Of a stretch of DNA of 64,000 nucleotides, positions 50,031 to 64,000 are shown piece by piece. Every line of letters begins with the position of its first letter. The stretch's first letter is position 1. Below the pieces are notes generated by a model, which worked only from the letters and a program-made list of their open reading frames with translations, ran no database searches and was not told the origin of the DNA. The stretch lies in contig OX597820.1 in the NCBI GenBank assembly GCA_951406725.2, forward strand, positions 56,730,001 through 56,794,000, in the 5' to 3' direction. The stretch comes from Octopus vulgaris (taxonomy: Eukaryota). Position numbers and translations under genes: made by a program.

Positions 50031-51888
50031 ATGTATGTATATATATTTATTGCCCTATAGAACAATATCGAATATGTTGCGTTTTCATCGGTTTGTTGCT
50101 TTTTTTTCCTGCCAGCATTCTTTATTTTTAACGATGAGAATACGCCCTTGTTCTGGTGTGCCTTTGGTACGACCATCACGACAATCATTCCTGCAGATAT
50201 CATGATAGATAATTTCGACAGCAATGTCACATTTCATGGGAAGGTAGCTTGTAGACATTCTTTGGCCAGTTGTTGAAGTTGTGGATAATATTTAACTATG
50301 TTAAAATTGTCGTTTTCTATTGCAAAATCTATCAGATATTAAGTAACTCTCTCTCCTGTTTCTGTATATCGAAGGCGCATCCTTCTATATTGAAAGGGAT
50401 GAAACTATCAAAATACCAAGAGAGGAAATACTTCCTACTAATGTTACTGCTATATGGATTGTATAATCGTGGAATATGTACCCATGCACAACTTTATGGA
50501 GATATGTTGTTTCTCCTTAACTTTCCCTTTCAGTAAGTGAACCCTGCTAACCAATGTTCAAATGATACAGCTATACACTTAGAATGTCTATTCGCTTCTT
50601 CACTAAGAAGTCACTATATTCACTGTTGAGTACATAAGTGGACCACTTGTAGTTCAATAGATTTGTCCGATGCATGTAATGTATATGAATGAGCGTGTAA
50701 GTGTATACATATAAACACATTTGGTTATACAGACACACACACACACTCACGTATGCATGTATGCTTTATAATCTAAGCACCGTTAGATGGGTCTCTATCT
50801 GTGACCGAATTGCAAAGATAATCTCACTTTTTCGACGACTCATCAGTCTAGTCTCTACATGTATACATAATTGAGATTTACATGTATACGCATCTATGTA
50901 TTCTGGCACATTTCTATCTTCATTTGTTTCTAAGTCACTTTATTATCGTCAAAATGATGATGGTGAAAATCAGCATCATTATCACTGCTTCCCCCCCTCC
51001 TCCTCCTCCTCCTCCTCCTCTTCTTCGCTTCGATTTTTTGGTATTCCTGCGAATTTTACTTATGGTAAGCAACCTAAAGTTATTTACCATAAGCGAACTT
51101 GTTTCATCCTTGCATTTTACAAGTTTGTAAGTCTGTAATTTTCCCAAATGATTTGCGGTCTGTTGTTCATAATACCATTACGACAAAGATTTTAAGTTTT
51201 AGTAAGTTATTAGCATCCCGCTTTGAATTCTACTACCAAGTACGGCTCTCTGCATTTGATTCAATTTTTATAGCTAACCTCTATTTATGCCGATCGATCC
51301 TGGCCAATTTTTTCTTTGTTCTTTTTAACGATTGCTATTTGCAATTTGAATGTGTTTTATATACATTGTATCAAGGACACTAATACAGAAAATGTGATTA
51401 AACATTATGATAAAGAAAACTTGAATACCGTCTCATATGATATTTTTAAAGATATATTTATACGTAGCTCGTCGATGATTCTAGCAACGAGGGTACTTGA
51501 CAAACAACGGAGAAGGGGGTGGAATTCGTGACCAATGCAATTACGTCTTGTGTGTTACAATCGGCTGGGTTAGGAATAAAATAGGAATATCTCACTCCTT
51601 ACTAAATTTTATACTATTTCGTTGGTTCGAACAATTGAATGTGACACTGGAAGCCCACGGAACACTTCTGACTTAAACACTCATTGTGTATCTAACTCAA
51701 GTTACTTTTACTCCTGCATAGAAATGCGCCGAAACAAAGACCATTGCCAATCGTGTGAAAGGGGTTATACTTCTACCATCTTAATGGCCTACTGTGAACT
51801 CCACTCATACACATACATACATTCATACACACGCACACATATTCACACTCACATACATACATACATACATACATAATACATACATACA

Positions 51889-51967
<79 letters not shown>

Positions 51968-51980
51968 AAATATTTATATA

Positions 51981-52353
51981 GGCGCAGGTGCGGTTGTGTG
52001 GTAAGGAGTTTGCTTCCCGACCACATGGTTCCGAGTTCAGTCCCATTGCGTGGCATCTTGGGAAAGTGTCTTCCATCATAACCTCGGTCTGACCAAAGCC
52101 TTATGAGTGAAATTGGTAGACAGAAACTGAAAGAATGTGTGTGTGTGTGTGTGTGTGTATGTGTGTGCCTTTGTGTTTGTATTTGTCTCCCACCACTGCT
52201 TGACAACCGGTGTTGGTGTGTTTACGTCCCCGTAACTTAACGATTCGGCCAAAGATATCGGTAGAATAAATACCACACTTTACAATTCATTCTAAAATTT
52301 CTTGAATGCGGTGCTCCAGTATAGTCGCAGTCTAATGACTGAAACAAGTAAAA
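51981..52353 (+). mobile_element. SINE family B
   Basis: ggcgcaggtgcggttgtgtggtaagg head and gcggtgctccagtatagtcgcagtctaatgactgaaacaag tail. Confidence 0.88.
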
Positions 52354-52723
52354 GGCATATAACCTTCAATATAATGTCAATTCTTACGATTATGTTAATT
52401 CTACTAAATTGTAAATAATGACTAAAAAATAAACATTGGCAACGGACGGCATACTAATATTGAACAGCAATTATTATATCCTACTAAACGTGAATGTATT
52501 GCTAGAGCAGCGTATACTGCAGTATTGGCATTTAGAGGTTCTCTTATATAGACGTACGAGCACAAAGATGTATCGTAGCTGACAAGAGCAGTCTGGTATG
52601 GGCGCCGGAAAAGCCATGCCTTTTGATATTAACATTGCTTGCGTTGCACCAAAGAATGAAAAGTTACTGTTATTCCTTATATCGTTGGCAGTGACATTTG
52701 GCTGGTATACGGGGCAGGACAGC

Positions 52724-52767
52724 TGCCACTGAGGAAGTGTAGTACTCTGAAATCACGCGATGTGGCA
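52724..52767 (+). ncRNA. Degenerate hammerhead-like motif
   Basis: tgcca-CTGAGGA-agtgtagtactct-GAAA-tcacgcgatg-tggca. Stem I is perfect, but the cleavage triplet is non-canonical. Confidence 0.4.
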
Positions 52768-53704
52768 ATTCCGGCGTCCATATCTGACGGCTCCCGTCTG
52801 CTACGATACATGTCTGTGCTCCTAGTACCATACGTCTATGCAAGAGGGCTTCTGAAGGCGTTTTCCTCTGTATTCGGCGCTTAAATAATACATTAAAAAA
52901 ATTGAGAAGTGTTAAAATTAATCTCTAACATGTATATAGAAAGCCACAAATGTTTATGTGAGAGATATATAATTGATTTAAAAGACTGCAGTACTTATTT
53001 TATCGAAGCCGTAGTGATGAAAGATAAAGTCGGAGTAGGCGACGTGTAAATGCAGACAGCAAAGAGATGTAACTAAATTCAACAATGTTCCGTCCACCGT
53101 TCAACCGACACCACCAGCCCACCATATCCTTTATAAAGTAACATAATGTTTCTAAATATAACAAAAATCTAACCAGAGCACTATCCCTATCCAAAACACA
53201 AGTTTACTTTACAACCTGCTCGTCCATATCTTACCATTAGACTTTATAAGAAGAGCGATAAAACAGACATCCATTATTCATTTTCTTCATATATCCGTAC
53301 CGCTCTACTTACTGCTGGTATTAGAAATTACGAGCTTTAATAATAGAAAAAATGACTGCCTTAGCTCCATGAACATTTATCATACATAGTAATACAGTTT
53401 TAAATCGATAATATAGGATTTCGGTGCATATCAAGCATATCCTAATTTTTTTGTTTTTAACAGGCTATTTATTTGCCAATATGTCTCTCGGAACATGTTG
53501 GCTATTGATGTTTTCTCCCATTAAAATGTCTTAACTTTATTTATTTTTTTTGCTCACTTTTTAAAAATATTAACATGAATCCCTAGATGTAGGGCGTAAA
53601 GCAGTTTCAAAATACAGAAATTTGTATGCATTCCTACACCCTCAAACGTCCACCCAAACACACCTACCCACTCATGCGACGATACACTGGCACACAACCA
53701 CGCA

Positions 53705-53803
<99 letters not shown>

Positions 53804-53855
53804 GTATGTATGTATATATATATATATATATATATATAAATATATACATACATAT

Positions 53856-53923
<68 letters not shown>

Positions 53924-54901
53924 TTCTTGACAACCTAATATATACATATATATGCAACATATTTTATAATTATATACATAATTATAACAAGGGGTCGGCT
54001 TTATGCCTCACCACGCACCATAAGAAATAGACGCTAGAGTTTTTTTTACTACCATAAAATCTCCTAGAATAACTCATTTTAGGCGAGCAAAGGAAAAATA
54101 TTGAATCAATAAGGCTGATTAACTATGGACGTGTTTCGAACTTAAAGTAAAAGATAATTTGTAGTTAATGATCCACAATGCCAAGGCAGATTCCATCCTG
54201 ACTAAGTGCTTATTTCTCACTATCGTTATCTTTTTGGCACTTTCACAGAAAATTACTGCGGCACTAGTCTTAATTGCCCCCACGTTCTTCTTCATGTAGC
54301 GTATGGTGATTTCGTTAACAACATAATAGCAACCTACTGCAGCATTACTTTACCTTTCAGGAACATATCCAGCAGTTGTATTTTCTCATGGAGAGTCATA
54401 ATCTTTTTCTGGCGCTTAGGCTCACTGCCAGAAACTTTAGAAAGTGCAGGGTGTTTGGGCCGTATCTTAGGGTTTTAATAACACGCTGTGAAAAATACAA
54501 CACTTAACAAAATACTCGAGATAGCTACTGGACGCAGTTTTTTTTCCCCAAAACACTACAAAATCTTCCTTTCGTCTAATATGTGTATACCACCAATGGG
54601 AAATTGCGCAGAGATTAGACATTTAGTTTGTATTGTCACTAGATACAGTAATCTATAGTATACTAAGAGAGAGAGAGAGAGAGAGCGAGAAAGAAAGAGA
54701 GGGAGAAAAAGAGAGGGGGACCAGCAAGTAACCTAATTTCAATTAGGCTATATTGGCTCAGACCTTAAAAATGATCCTGTTGAACTAAACAATGTGTTTG
54801 ATCAAACGTAGCGATTAACGTTCAGTCTCAAGTTGTATATATCTTCGAAATGTCATCAGTAACCCAAGTAATACTGGCGATACACTGTATGTATATACAC
54901 G

Positions 54902-54950
<49 letters not shown>

Positions 54951-54988
54951 GTATAAATATATATATATACATACACATATATAAATAC

Positions 54989-55019
<31 letters not shown>

Positions 55020-55364
55020 CATATATTTTATATATATACTGTCACTACAATTAGAGGTTGTTGTTTTTTGAGAGAAAATACATCGAGAGAGGGAGGGAGA
55101 GTGTGTATGTATGAAATCTAGATAGATGTCGCTATACTAATTAGCAAGCTTTGATTGGAAGCAGGAATAAGAAATACAAGATACAGTGTACTTGTATCTA
55201 AAACAATCAAGCGACGTGATGCGTGGCTATTCTAATCATAAGAAGCGTCAACTGCGAATGGGTGTCCAGTAACCTGGAAAATACGATACATTGTTATTAA
55301 TAATTTAGCCTTATAAAGCGTGAAAAATATATATATTGCCACGAAAAAAGCCATAAAAAATTGC

Positions 55365-55473
55365 AGACGATATTTACGATTCCGCGAATATGCAGTGGTT
55401 TCCCCGAACAATTATTAGTTCCGCGAATAACAGAGACCGCGAATTCCGAATCGCAATAAGCGGGGACGCACTG
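55365..55473 (-). mobile_element. End of a Tigger/pogo-like DNA transposon (one TIR plus subterminal ttcgcgg repeats)
   Basis: Minus strand reads TA-cagtgcgtccccgcttattgcg, then ttcgcgg three times. The second TIR was not found. Confidence 0.55.
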
Positions 55474-55561
55474 TATATATATACATAATACATATAATAT
55501 ATATATATATATACACTATATACACATACATACATACATATACATATACATACATTATATA

Positions 55562-55615
<54 letters not shown>

Positions 55616-55619
55616 TATA

Positions 55620-56532
55620 ATAAAAAGGTGTTCAGTGTTGTAGTTGGTGAGGTGGTTGATAACTTTGTGGGTGTTTACCAAGTCCATCGCCAGACGCCGG
55701 AGCTTCAGTGAATCCATGCCCAGGGAAACAAGGCGTTCAGAATATGGGTAGGTGTCTGATGGAGGGTATGCGTTTGGTTGCACGTCAATGTTCTGAGCAA
55801 GATAGGGGTTCCAAACTGATGATGCGAATTCCAAGTGTGGTCGTACCATAGCTGTATACAGTTTTAAATAGATGGCTGGAGAGCGACTAACAAAAGTCTT
55901 GCTGAGTGATGCCAAGACACCCTCGGCCTTCTTGACAATTTTAGAGATATGCTTTGTCCAACGCAAAACGCTGCTGATAGTGATGCCTAGGTCACGCTCG
56001 CAAGAGGATTTCTTGATATCAGTGTTGTGGAGGGAGTATGTGGACGCAGGGTTTTTTCTCCCAAAATGCATGGTGGTACACTTGTCCACAGCCGGTTTCA
56101 GTTGCCAGTCTGTGATCCATTGCTGCATTGTGTCTAGGTCTGATTGCAGGAAAGAGTTGTAGACATCAGGATCTGTCCTCTTGATTTCATGGTACAGCTT
56201 GATGTCGTCTGCATATTTCAATACTGTGGCATTCTTTAATTTGGCATATATGTCATTAATGTATGCCACAAACAAGAGGGGACCAAGGACAGATCCCTGT
56301 GGTACACCCGATGACATCTCATATGGTGTGGAATGCTGTCCTAGAACTGTGACTACCTCCTTTCGGCTGAGAATGAAGGATTTCAACCAGTTAAAAAGGT
56401 CATCCCTCACACCCATTGCAGAGAGTTTCACCATAAGCCTTTTGTGTGGCACAGAGTTGAAAGCCCTAGTAAAGTCAAGGTAGACAACATCCACCCATGA
56501 GCCACTGTCAGTGATCTGAGTAATGTCCTCAG

Positions 56533-56535
<3 letters not shown>
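55620..56535 (-). mobile_element. Internal fragment of a CR1-group LINE RT, flanked by (TA)n on both sides
   Basis: VDVVYLDFTRAFNSVPHKRL, SGVPQGSVLGPLLF, YADDIKL, ERDLGI, VRPHLEFASSVWNP, YSERLVSLGMDSLKLRR. Confidence 0.93.
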
Positions 56536-56592
<57 letters not shown>

Positions 56593-56819
56593 CAAAAAGG
56601 GACAACAAAACATCTAGATAGACGATACAAAGAAAGCAAAGACGGCTCATTCGAAGCCCTCTATCCTCAGTCAAGCACCAGATTATCCTCACAATTTCGG
56701 CTGATTATTCTTGAGATTGCTACAATCTGGCCAGCCCCAAGGCAAAACTAAGAATTAGATTCCTTGGAATATATATATATATATAGAGAGAGAGAGGCGT
56801 ACGTACACTTTGCTCTCTT

Positions 56820-56853
<34 letters not shown>

Positions 56854-56960
56854 GAAGTAACAAACTAAGGAAAAACATTTCTTCAAAGAGGTGTGTAAAA
56901 CAGCGGATTCGTTGGTACGTGAGTTGAATGCCACATAATTATGGGTATAATTCAAATTAG

Positions 56961-57422
56961 AAACAATAAATTAGATAGAGAGATACAATTGACAATCCAA
57001 TAATTTATTTATATCATAATATAACATAATATACTATGAATATAATATAATATAAGATAGCATAAACAATTATTAAAAAACCGAAAAAAGTTTGTTTCGG
57101 CTTATATACCTTTTTTGATATATAAAGAATTCAATTCCCTTATATAAGCCTCATTAGAGCCAATGGTTTGAAGATGGACGAAAGGACAGCTACTGAATTT
57201 CATCTATCTTCAAACGCTTGGCTCTAATGAGGCTTATATAAGGGAATTGAATTGTTTATATATCAAAAAATGTATATAAGCCGAAATAAATTGCTGGCTT
57301 TTTGGGGTTTTTTAATAATTGTTTATGTTATCTTATATTATATTCATAGTATATTATGTTATATCATGATATAAATAAATTATTCGATTGTCAATTGTAT
57401 CTCTTTATTTAATTTATTGTTT
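56961..57422. repeat. ~460-bp foldback with an HHR-like motif in each arm
   Basis: Arms 56961-57183 and 57198-57422 with a 14-nt loop. Each arm has CTAATGA-ggcttatata...tatataagcc-GAAA (57224-57286 on +, 57095-57157 on -). Confidence 0.9.
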
Positions 57423-57466
57423 ATATATATATAAATATAAAATGGAATACACGGATAACTTTATTG

Positions 57467-57558
57467 CTCACAACAATCATTTCGACACACTGACGGGTGG
57501 GAAACTTCAAAACTAGTTGTGCTGCATCCCTCGGTGCAGAAGTGTCTCGTCAGGTTAT
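57467..57558 (-). ncRNA. Hammerhead-like motif with an intact CUGACGA/GAAA core
   Basis: Minus strand reads CTGACGA-gacac...gtgtc-GAAA-tgattg-TT-gtgag. Same family as 6050-6144. Confidence 0.6.
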
Positions 57559-58297
57559 GTAATAAACGGTATCTCGTTAAATGAACTCTGTTTCGCTCTA
57601 ATCTAATACCGTATGTTGTTAGTGATCGTAAGTTTAAGCCGTTGGGTAAGAATGGCCAGGGACGGATTCCGTTGCAAAGTTATAAATACAGACAGGGAGT
57701 AATCAAGATAAATAAGAAAATTAATACGAATAAAACATACAATAAAGTAAAACATTTGGTGTGTCAGTAACCAGATACAGTTATTTCCATACCCACACTT
57801 TCGGTCCTTTGTACTCTCTTAAAATCCTTGGAAACATATGTAGTGCGTTTTTACGACAAACGTTCCCGACAACTACTGATAGATATATATGTTGTATGTA
57901 TGTGTGTGGGTGTGTAAACAGACATACATACATACATGCATGCACACACACACTCACATATAATAGAAAAGTTAGTAAGTCAGGAATAATAGAAATACAT
58001 TTCTTTTACTAGTTTTTTTTTTACTTGTTTATACACTGATTCGGTAGAGTGCTTTGCCATTAAGCTAAACTACCCGCTGACCAATTTATCTGCTGATTCA
58101 GATGCTAAACAGCTTATAGAACAACACTATAAACAAACTAACTTTTGTTGTTTGTTAGAATCAGCGAAATGTGTAATGTACAATATAAGGAAGACATTTC
58201 TCCGCCTTGTAAGGGTAATTTACCTAATATTTCTGCTGTTCTAACTGTAATTTTGTTTTCGAAAAAGTACCTTCTCGTTTGCATCGTACAACATACA

Positions 58298-58406
<109 letters not shown>

Positions 58407-58469
58407 GTATATGTATGTGTGTATATATATATATACGCTATATGTATATGTATTATGTATGTGTTGTAT

Positions 58470-58528
<59 letters not shown>

Positions 58529-59165
58529 TGAGATGACCCAAAATTCCGAAGCGCAATGTAGCTACGCTTAAAAATTCTCTCCAAAATTAAATGTTTGAAA
58601 GACAAGTAGAGGAACTACATTATTATTATTATTACTTTTTGAATAGTAATGATGATGGATGAAGAGAAAACAAATTAAAAGGAGTACACTATTACTGCTG
58701 TTTCTGAATGTGGCTCCAATGTTAACTTAATACTCATCTCTATAAATGATCATATATATACATATATAACATTGAGATTTTGACAACTGTTCCTATAGAA
58801 CTTACATATACACGAGAAAGAATATTAGAACCATTTTACCACTGATTAGAAAAGATATCTAATGTAGCTACTTGGCAAAGTAATTTGTGAAAAAGATCAC
58901 TTTTGAATTATCTTATCCAAGCAAATATAAGAAAATTAAATCCGACAATATATATATATATATATATATTTAAGCAGGTCCTACTTTATTATATAATTTA
59001 TATCCTACAAAGTGGCTTCCAGCTAAAAATTCAATATACATACAAAAACTCATTAATGATGTTTGATTAAATGTACATAGAGAATAGATTGAATTATAAA
59101 CAGTGCCAAATTATCTTTTTTATATTCTGATATTATTTTCCTAATTTATGAATATTGTACTAATA

Positions 59166-59590
59166 GGCGCAGGAGTGGCTGTGTGGTAAGTAGCTTGCTA
59201 ACCAACCACATGGTTCTGGGTTCAGTCCCACTGCGTGGCATCTTGGGCAAGTGTCTTCTGCTATAGCCCCGGGCCGACCAATGCCTTGTGAGTGAATTTG
59301 GTAGACGGAAACTGAAAAGAAGCCCGTCGTATATATGTATATATATATATATGTGTGTGTATGTGTGTGTGTTTGTGTGTCTGTGTTTGTCCCCCTAGCA
59401 TTGCTTGACAACCGATGCTGGTGTGTTTATGTCCCCGTTACTTAGCGGTTCGGCAAAAGAGACCGATAGAATAAGTACTGGGCTTACAAAAGAATAAGTC
59501 CCGGGGTCGAGTTGCTCGATTAAAGGCGGTGCTCCAGCATGGCCGCAGTCAAATGACTGAAACAAGTAAAATAGTAAAATAGTAGTAAAT
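59166..59590 (+). mobile_element. SINE family B, full length and young-looking
   Basis: Complete head, CORE-like segment, internal microsatellite and tail ...gactgaaacaag followed by taaaatag repeats. Confidence 0.93.
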
Positions 59591-59883
59591 AGTATTTAAT
59601 ATTTGTTCATTCAAAACATAGAATTGCACAGAATATGGGACTTGACTATACAAGTGCAAAAAAATATACATTTTCAAAGGACTTTGGATTCTGAACTCTT
59701 TTTTTTTAATTTTTCAGTGATGACCGCACCCTACCCTCTTTTCTTATTTTTTCCTACTTCCTAAAATTGACATCTTTGAAAGGTCACCAGCCCTTGTGAG
59801 AAAATGTGTTTATTTACAAATATGCTTATAGGTTATACAATGGAAAACAAAAGAAAGGAGGAAGAAAAAAGAAAAATGCTTTG

Positions 59884-59914
<31 letters not shown>

Positions 59915-60112
59915 CTACTAATGTAGGATGAAATGTTTTTCTCTACAGAAAAAAAATCCATCAAGAAATGTGGCAGTATATTAAAATACCTTTACGGTTA
60001 AAATTATAAACAACTTATAAGTAAGGGCTAAAATAATCTACTCGCTACAGCAAAAAAAATCGAAGAACTGGAGTCGGGCAAACTGACCGTTAGAATTTCT
60101 AAATTTCGTTAT

Positions 60113-60172
60113 CTCTATATTGAATCAATTTCGGAATTAATCTCATAAAAGATTTATTCGTCTTCGGTAGAG
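60113..60172 (-). ncRNA. Hammerhead-like motif inside a module with 25-bp inverted ends (60008-60395) abutting (TA)n
   Basis: ctcta-CCGAAGA-stem II-GAAA-ttga-t-tcaa-TA-tagag. Inverted ends are aaacaacttataagtaagggctaaa and tttagcccttacttataagttgttt. Confidence 0.6.
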
Positions 60173-60391
60173 CTTACGAGAGAATATAAATAAGATACTT
60201 ACATGCGCCCATGGAAAAAGCCGAAGCAAAAAACATGAGTACACTTAAGTACCCCAGTTATATCTAAAAATAAAAATTCTTTGGTCAGCCTCAGTACAAC
60301 GTGTTGATTATATGTGGAAATTGACGATTTAATAGTCTATCATCAGCATATTGGCTTTGAAATAATTTTCTTTAGCCCTTACTTATAAGTT

Positions 60392-60465
<74 letters not shown>

Positions 60466-60559
60466 AATCCAAAAGAAGAAGAACAAACACAAAAAACAAC
60501 AACGCGAGAACGTGGTACTGTAAAATATTAGCAGACGCTCAAGGAAGGAAAGAAAGGTG

Positions 60560-60594
60560 GTTTAACGTTTCGAGCAACGCTCTTTTTCAGAAAC
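60560..60594 (-). ncRNA. Minimal hammerhead-like motif in a module bracketed by (TA)n (60462-60667)
   Basis: gttt-CTGAAAA-a-gagc-gtt-gctc-GAAA-cg-TT-aaac. Same layout as 45770-45807. Confidence 0.55.
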
Positions 60595-60664
60595 AGAGGA
60601 AAGTCCAATAGAAAGGAAGACGGACGAAGAAAATCGCCAACGATTCACATGTGGTTACATTGTG

Positions 60665-60718
<54 letters not shown>

Positions 60719-60899
60719 TATATAGAATTAACAAGGAGAATCTTTTTATTGAAAAATTCAAAACGCATCTTAATATGCAAACGCCACGATAATCATACTT
60801 CTTTTTTCTACCTCATTCTTCATGGATGGACTAATACAAATATATAAGGATATCATGCAGTCATCACTTCAAGCTAAAACTTTTATTCTTTATTTATCA

Positions 60900-60988
<89 letters not shown>

Positions 60989-62739
60989 GACATGAAATTA
61001 TCTGAAATGAAATTATAAATTGGTTTATGTAAATTTATATAATTAGAAAACAATATAAATTAAGTGTTAAAATCTGAATGTTAAATTAGCAAACAATTAT
61101 ATAAAAAAAGATAATACAAATGCAGCGAAAAGGATAATTTTATAATTTAAGGTTTATTAGCATCCTATCTTACAACAAATTGATAACCCCAATTGAAGAG
61201 CATAAAACCCACAGAGTTGTCTCCCCTCACTCACAGGAACTGGATAATTCCTACCCCATTTCCCGTTTTGACATTCATTTAACAAACATCCTAAATTAAA
61301 CACCACATGGATCTCAATCCTCCAAGGTAATTTTTCCAAGAACTATTATTTTTTTGCAAAAAACAATGTAATTTTCTTTTTTCCCCCTCCTCAATTATAA
61401 AAAAAAATTCTTTTCACCTTACAATTCTTGAAAAGTCGCATTGCTCGAAAACCGGTTTTAATTAATATATATATGTAAAAAAAAAATTTTTTTAATTTTC
61501 CATACACTCATTTTCATTAAAATTTACCTTCAATTTAGCATTCTGCCTTTTTATAATTTTTACTTGCCTATATATATATATATATATATGCGCATGTGTA
61601 TATGTATGTATATATCTGTTCATGTATGTATATGTATATGTATGCATCAACATACATATGTATATATATTTGTATATACAAACGTATGTTTGTGTGTATA
61701 TATTTATACATGTATGTACTTGCTTATATATTATCTAAATATGCATTACAGTCAACATTGAAGCATTGAAGAGGTGGGCCAGAAACACGCCTCATGTCAC
61801 ACAAATATATAAAAAAAATTTGGTGTCTTTGTCTGAAAACCTACACAGTTTCAATCCTTGTAAAATCCCTTCTCTAACTTGTCTAAACACTAAAGCCTGC
61901 GACATGAATCTTGTATACTATCGAAGAGACATGACCCAATCAGCTTGCAAATTCGGCAACTTTCCTTCAAGGGTCGTCTGCTTTTCTCATTATTGTATGC
62001 CTTCTCACGTGGCTACAGCTATTGTTGACGAGCTAACGAGAGAGAGGATCCGACGTGGTCACTTCACTTGCTAGAAATAATAGCAAAATCTCTTTTAAAA
62101 ATCATCCTACCGACTTAAGAAAATAAGTAGACAATAAATAATATTGCTCTAGATATATCATTTGGATACGACGGAGTGGTCATAGCTTATATGTCTGAAT
62201 AAGTCTGCCTTGTACAAAGCAGCAGCAGCGACAACAACGACTACAATAATGGATGATTTTTCAATACTTCAAATAGTCACTTAACCGTTTCTTTCTTCAT
62301 TATACTCATTTTATATATTTTTTTTTATTTTCTACTATTCGCCTTTCCAACTTACACCGCTTTTTCGAAGATTTTCCACTTTTCCTGACTGAAAAATCAT
62401 AACGTCCAACGCTTGACTTCCAAATGACAGATATTAGACTATAAACGTAATTTATAATAATCAGAGTTGACAAGTGGGTTTGGCTTTCGTCTTTTTATTT
62501 TTTCACTCCAAGAAAAAGGCTATAACGAAAACATATACTTATACAGAAAAAGTCACCTCGCTTAAGTGTGTCCCTTTGTTCTGAGAAGATCACTAAAAGA
62601 AAGACTGCTGATACACATAGACAAATAAAAACATGATAACATATATGCAAACAAATCAATAAGCTTATACACAAACACGCAACACTAATACGCAAGCACA
62701 CAAATAATCTCTCTCTCTTTCCCCTTCTCTGTCTGTCTT

Positions 62740-62825
<86 letters not shown>

Positions 62826-62872
62826 AAGTGAGATAGGGAAAATGAGATAGATATATATAATAGCACATATTC

Positions 62873-63078
62873 TTTTTATTCTTTTATTCTTTTACTTGTT
62901 TCAGTCATTTGACTATGGCTATGCTGGAGCACCGCTTTTACTCGAGCAAATCGACCCCAGGACTTCTTGTAAGTCTAGTACTTATTCTATCGTCTCTTTT
63001 GCTGAATCACTAAGTTACGGGGACGTAAGCACACAAACATCGGTTGTCAAGCGATGGTGGGGTACAAGCACAGACACA

Positions 63079-63164
<86 letters not shown>

Positions 63165-63313
63165 CGACGTGCTTTTTTCAGTTTCCGACTACCAAATCCA
63201 TTCACAAGTCTTTGGTCGGCCCGAGCCTAGAGTAAAAGACACTTGCCGTGGGACTGAACCCGCAACTATGTGGTTGGTAAGCAAGTTACTTATCACACAC
63301 CCACTCCTGCGCC
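62873..63313 (-). mobile_element. SINE family B
   Basis: Tail ttttacttgtttcagtcatttgactatggctatgctggagcaccgc and head ccactcctgcgcc on the plus strand. Confidence 0.9.
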
Positions 63314-63704
63314 TACATATGTACACACACATAGAAAAAGCATAATGATATTGATAAGGAGAATAATGGTAATAATAATTACAACAAAAATCAGGAAAAA
63401 GAAAAGAACAAAATAGCACCACAGGCATGGTCCACCATCACAAGCCGAGGGATCACGGGTACACTGAGGAATAGTGAGACCAGTATCTGGAAAACATCAA
63501 GGATAGACAAGGTACCTCACCAATACCCATACCCCACATAGCAGCAACATTTAACTTGATGATGCGGAAGGACAAACCACTCTAATACCAAAAATAAAAA
63601 AGCAGACAAAAAAATAATACTATGCACTCACAAAATTATAGGGACCGTAAGTCTGTGAAGTGAAGTTTTTAACCACACAGCCGTGCCTGTGTCCCTCCCT
63701 CCCC

Positions 63705-63983
<279 letters not shown>

Positions 63984-64000
63984 CTGTTTCAACACACGAC

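Noticed and set aside
54120-54300. Minus-strand GAAAcacgTC half-hammerhead (other weak candidates at 1602, 50840 and 61428)
   Set aside because: The CUGANGA core or the stems could not be assembled convincingly.

Overview
AT-rich, microsatellite-dense animal genomic DNA. The SINE/LINE repertoire suggests an octopus or another coleoid cephalopod (inference, not verified). The window is almost entirely non-genic, and most tracked ORFs are translations of (TA)n, (CA)n, (TATG)n or trinucleotide repeats. Real coding remnants all belong to transposons: a 5'-truncated Penelope-like element (PLE) with an uninterrupted RT + GIY-YIG ORF (11.0-13.4 kb, -), a full-length but decayed mariner abutting it, a second mariner relic, mariner-derived MITEs, two CR1/L2-group LINE fragments plus a shredded third, and a decayed R4/Dong-type LINE. 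At least four SINE families occur in many copies. The most striking unexplained structure is a recurring architecture of short AT-rich modules next to (TA)n tracts. These carry minimal type-I hammerhead ribozyme (HHR) motifs with palindromic stem III, often with variant cores, and/or fold back as inverted repeats, consistent with non-autonomous, microsatellite-associated PLE terminal-repeat derivatives. Other highlights: a six-fold GACGTCA-N12-CCAAT array in the PLE 3' region; a SINE/LINE shared 3' tail with a compensatory hairpin; and a candidate minus-strand exon (signal peptide, His-rich tract, GTGAGT donor) interrupted by one in-frame TAG. Coordinates were read by eye and may be off by a few bases. 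No searches or folding programs were run.
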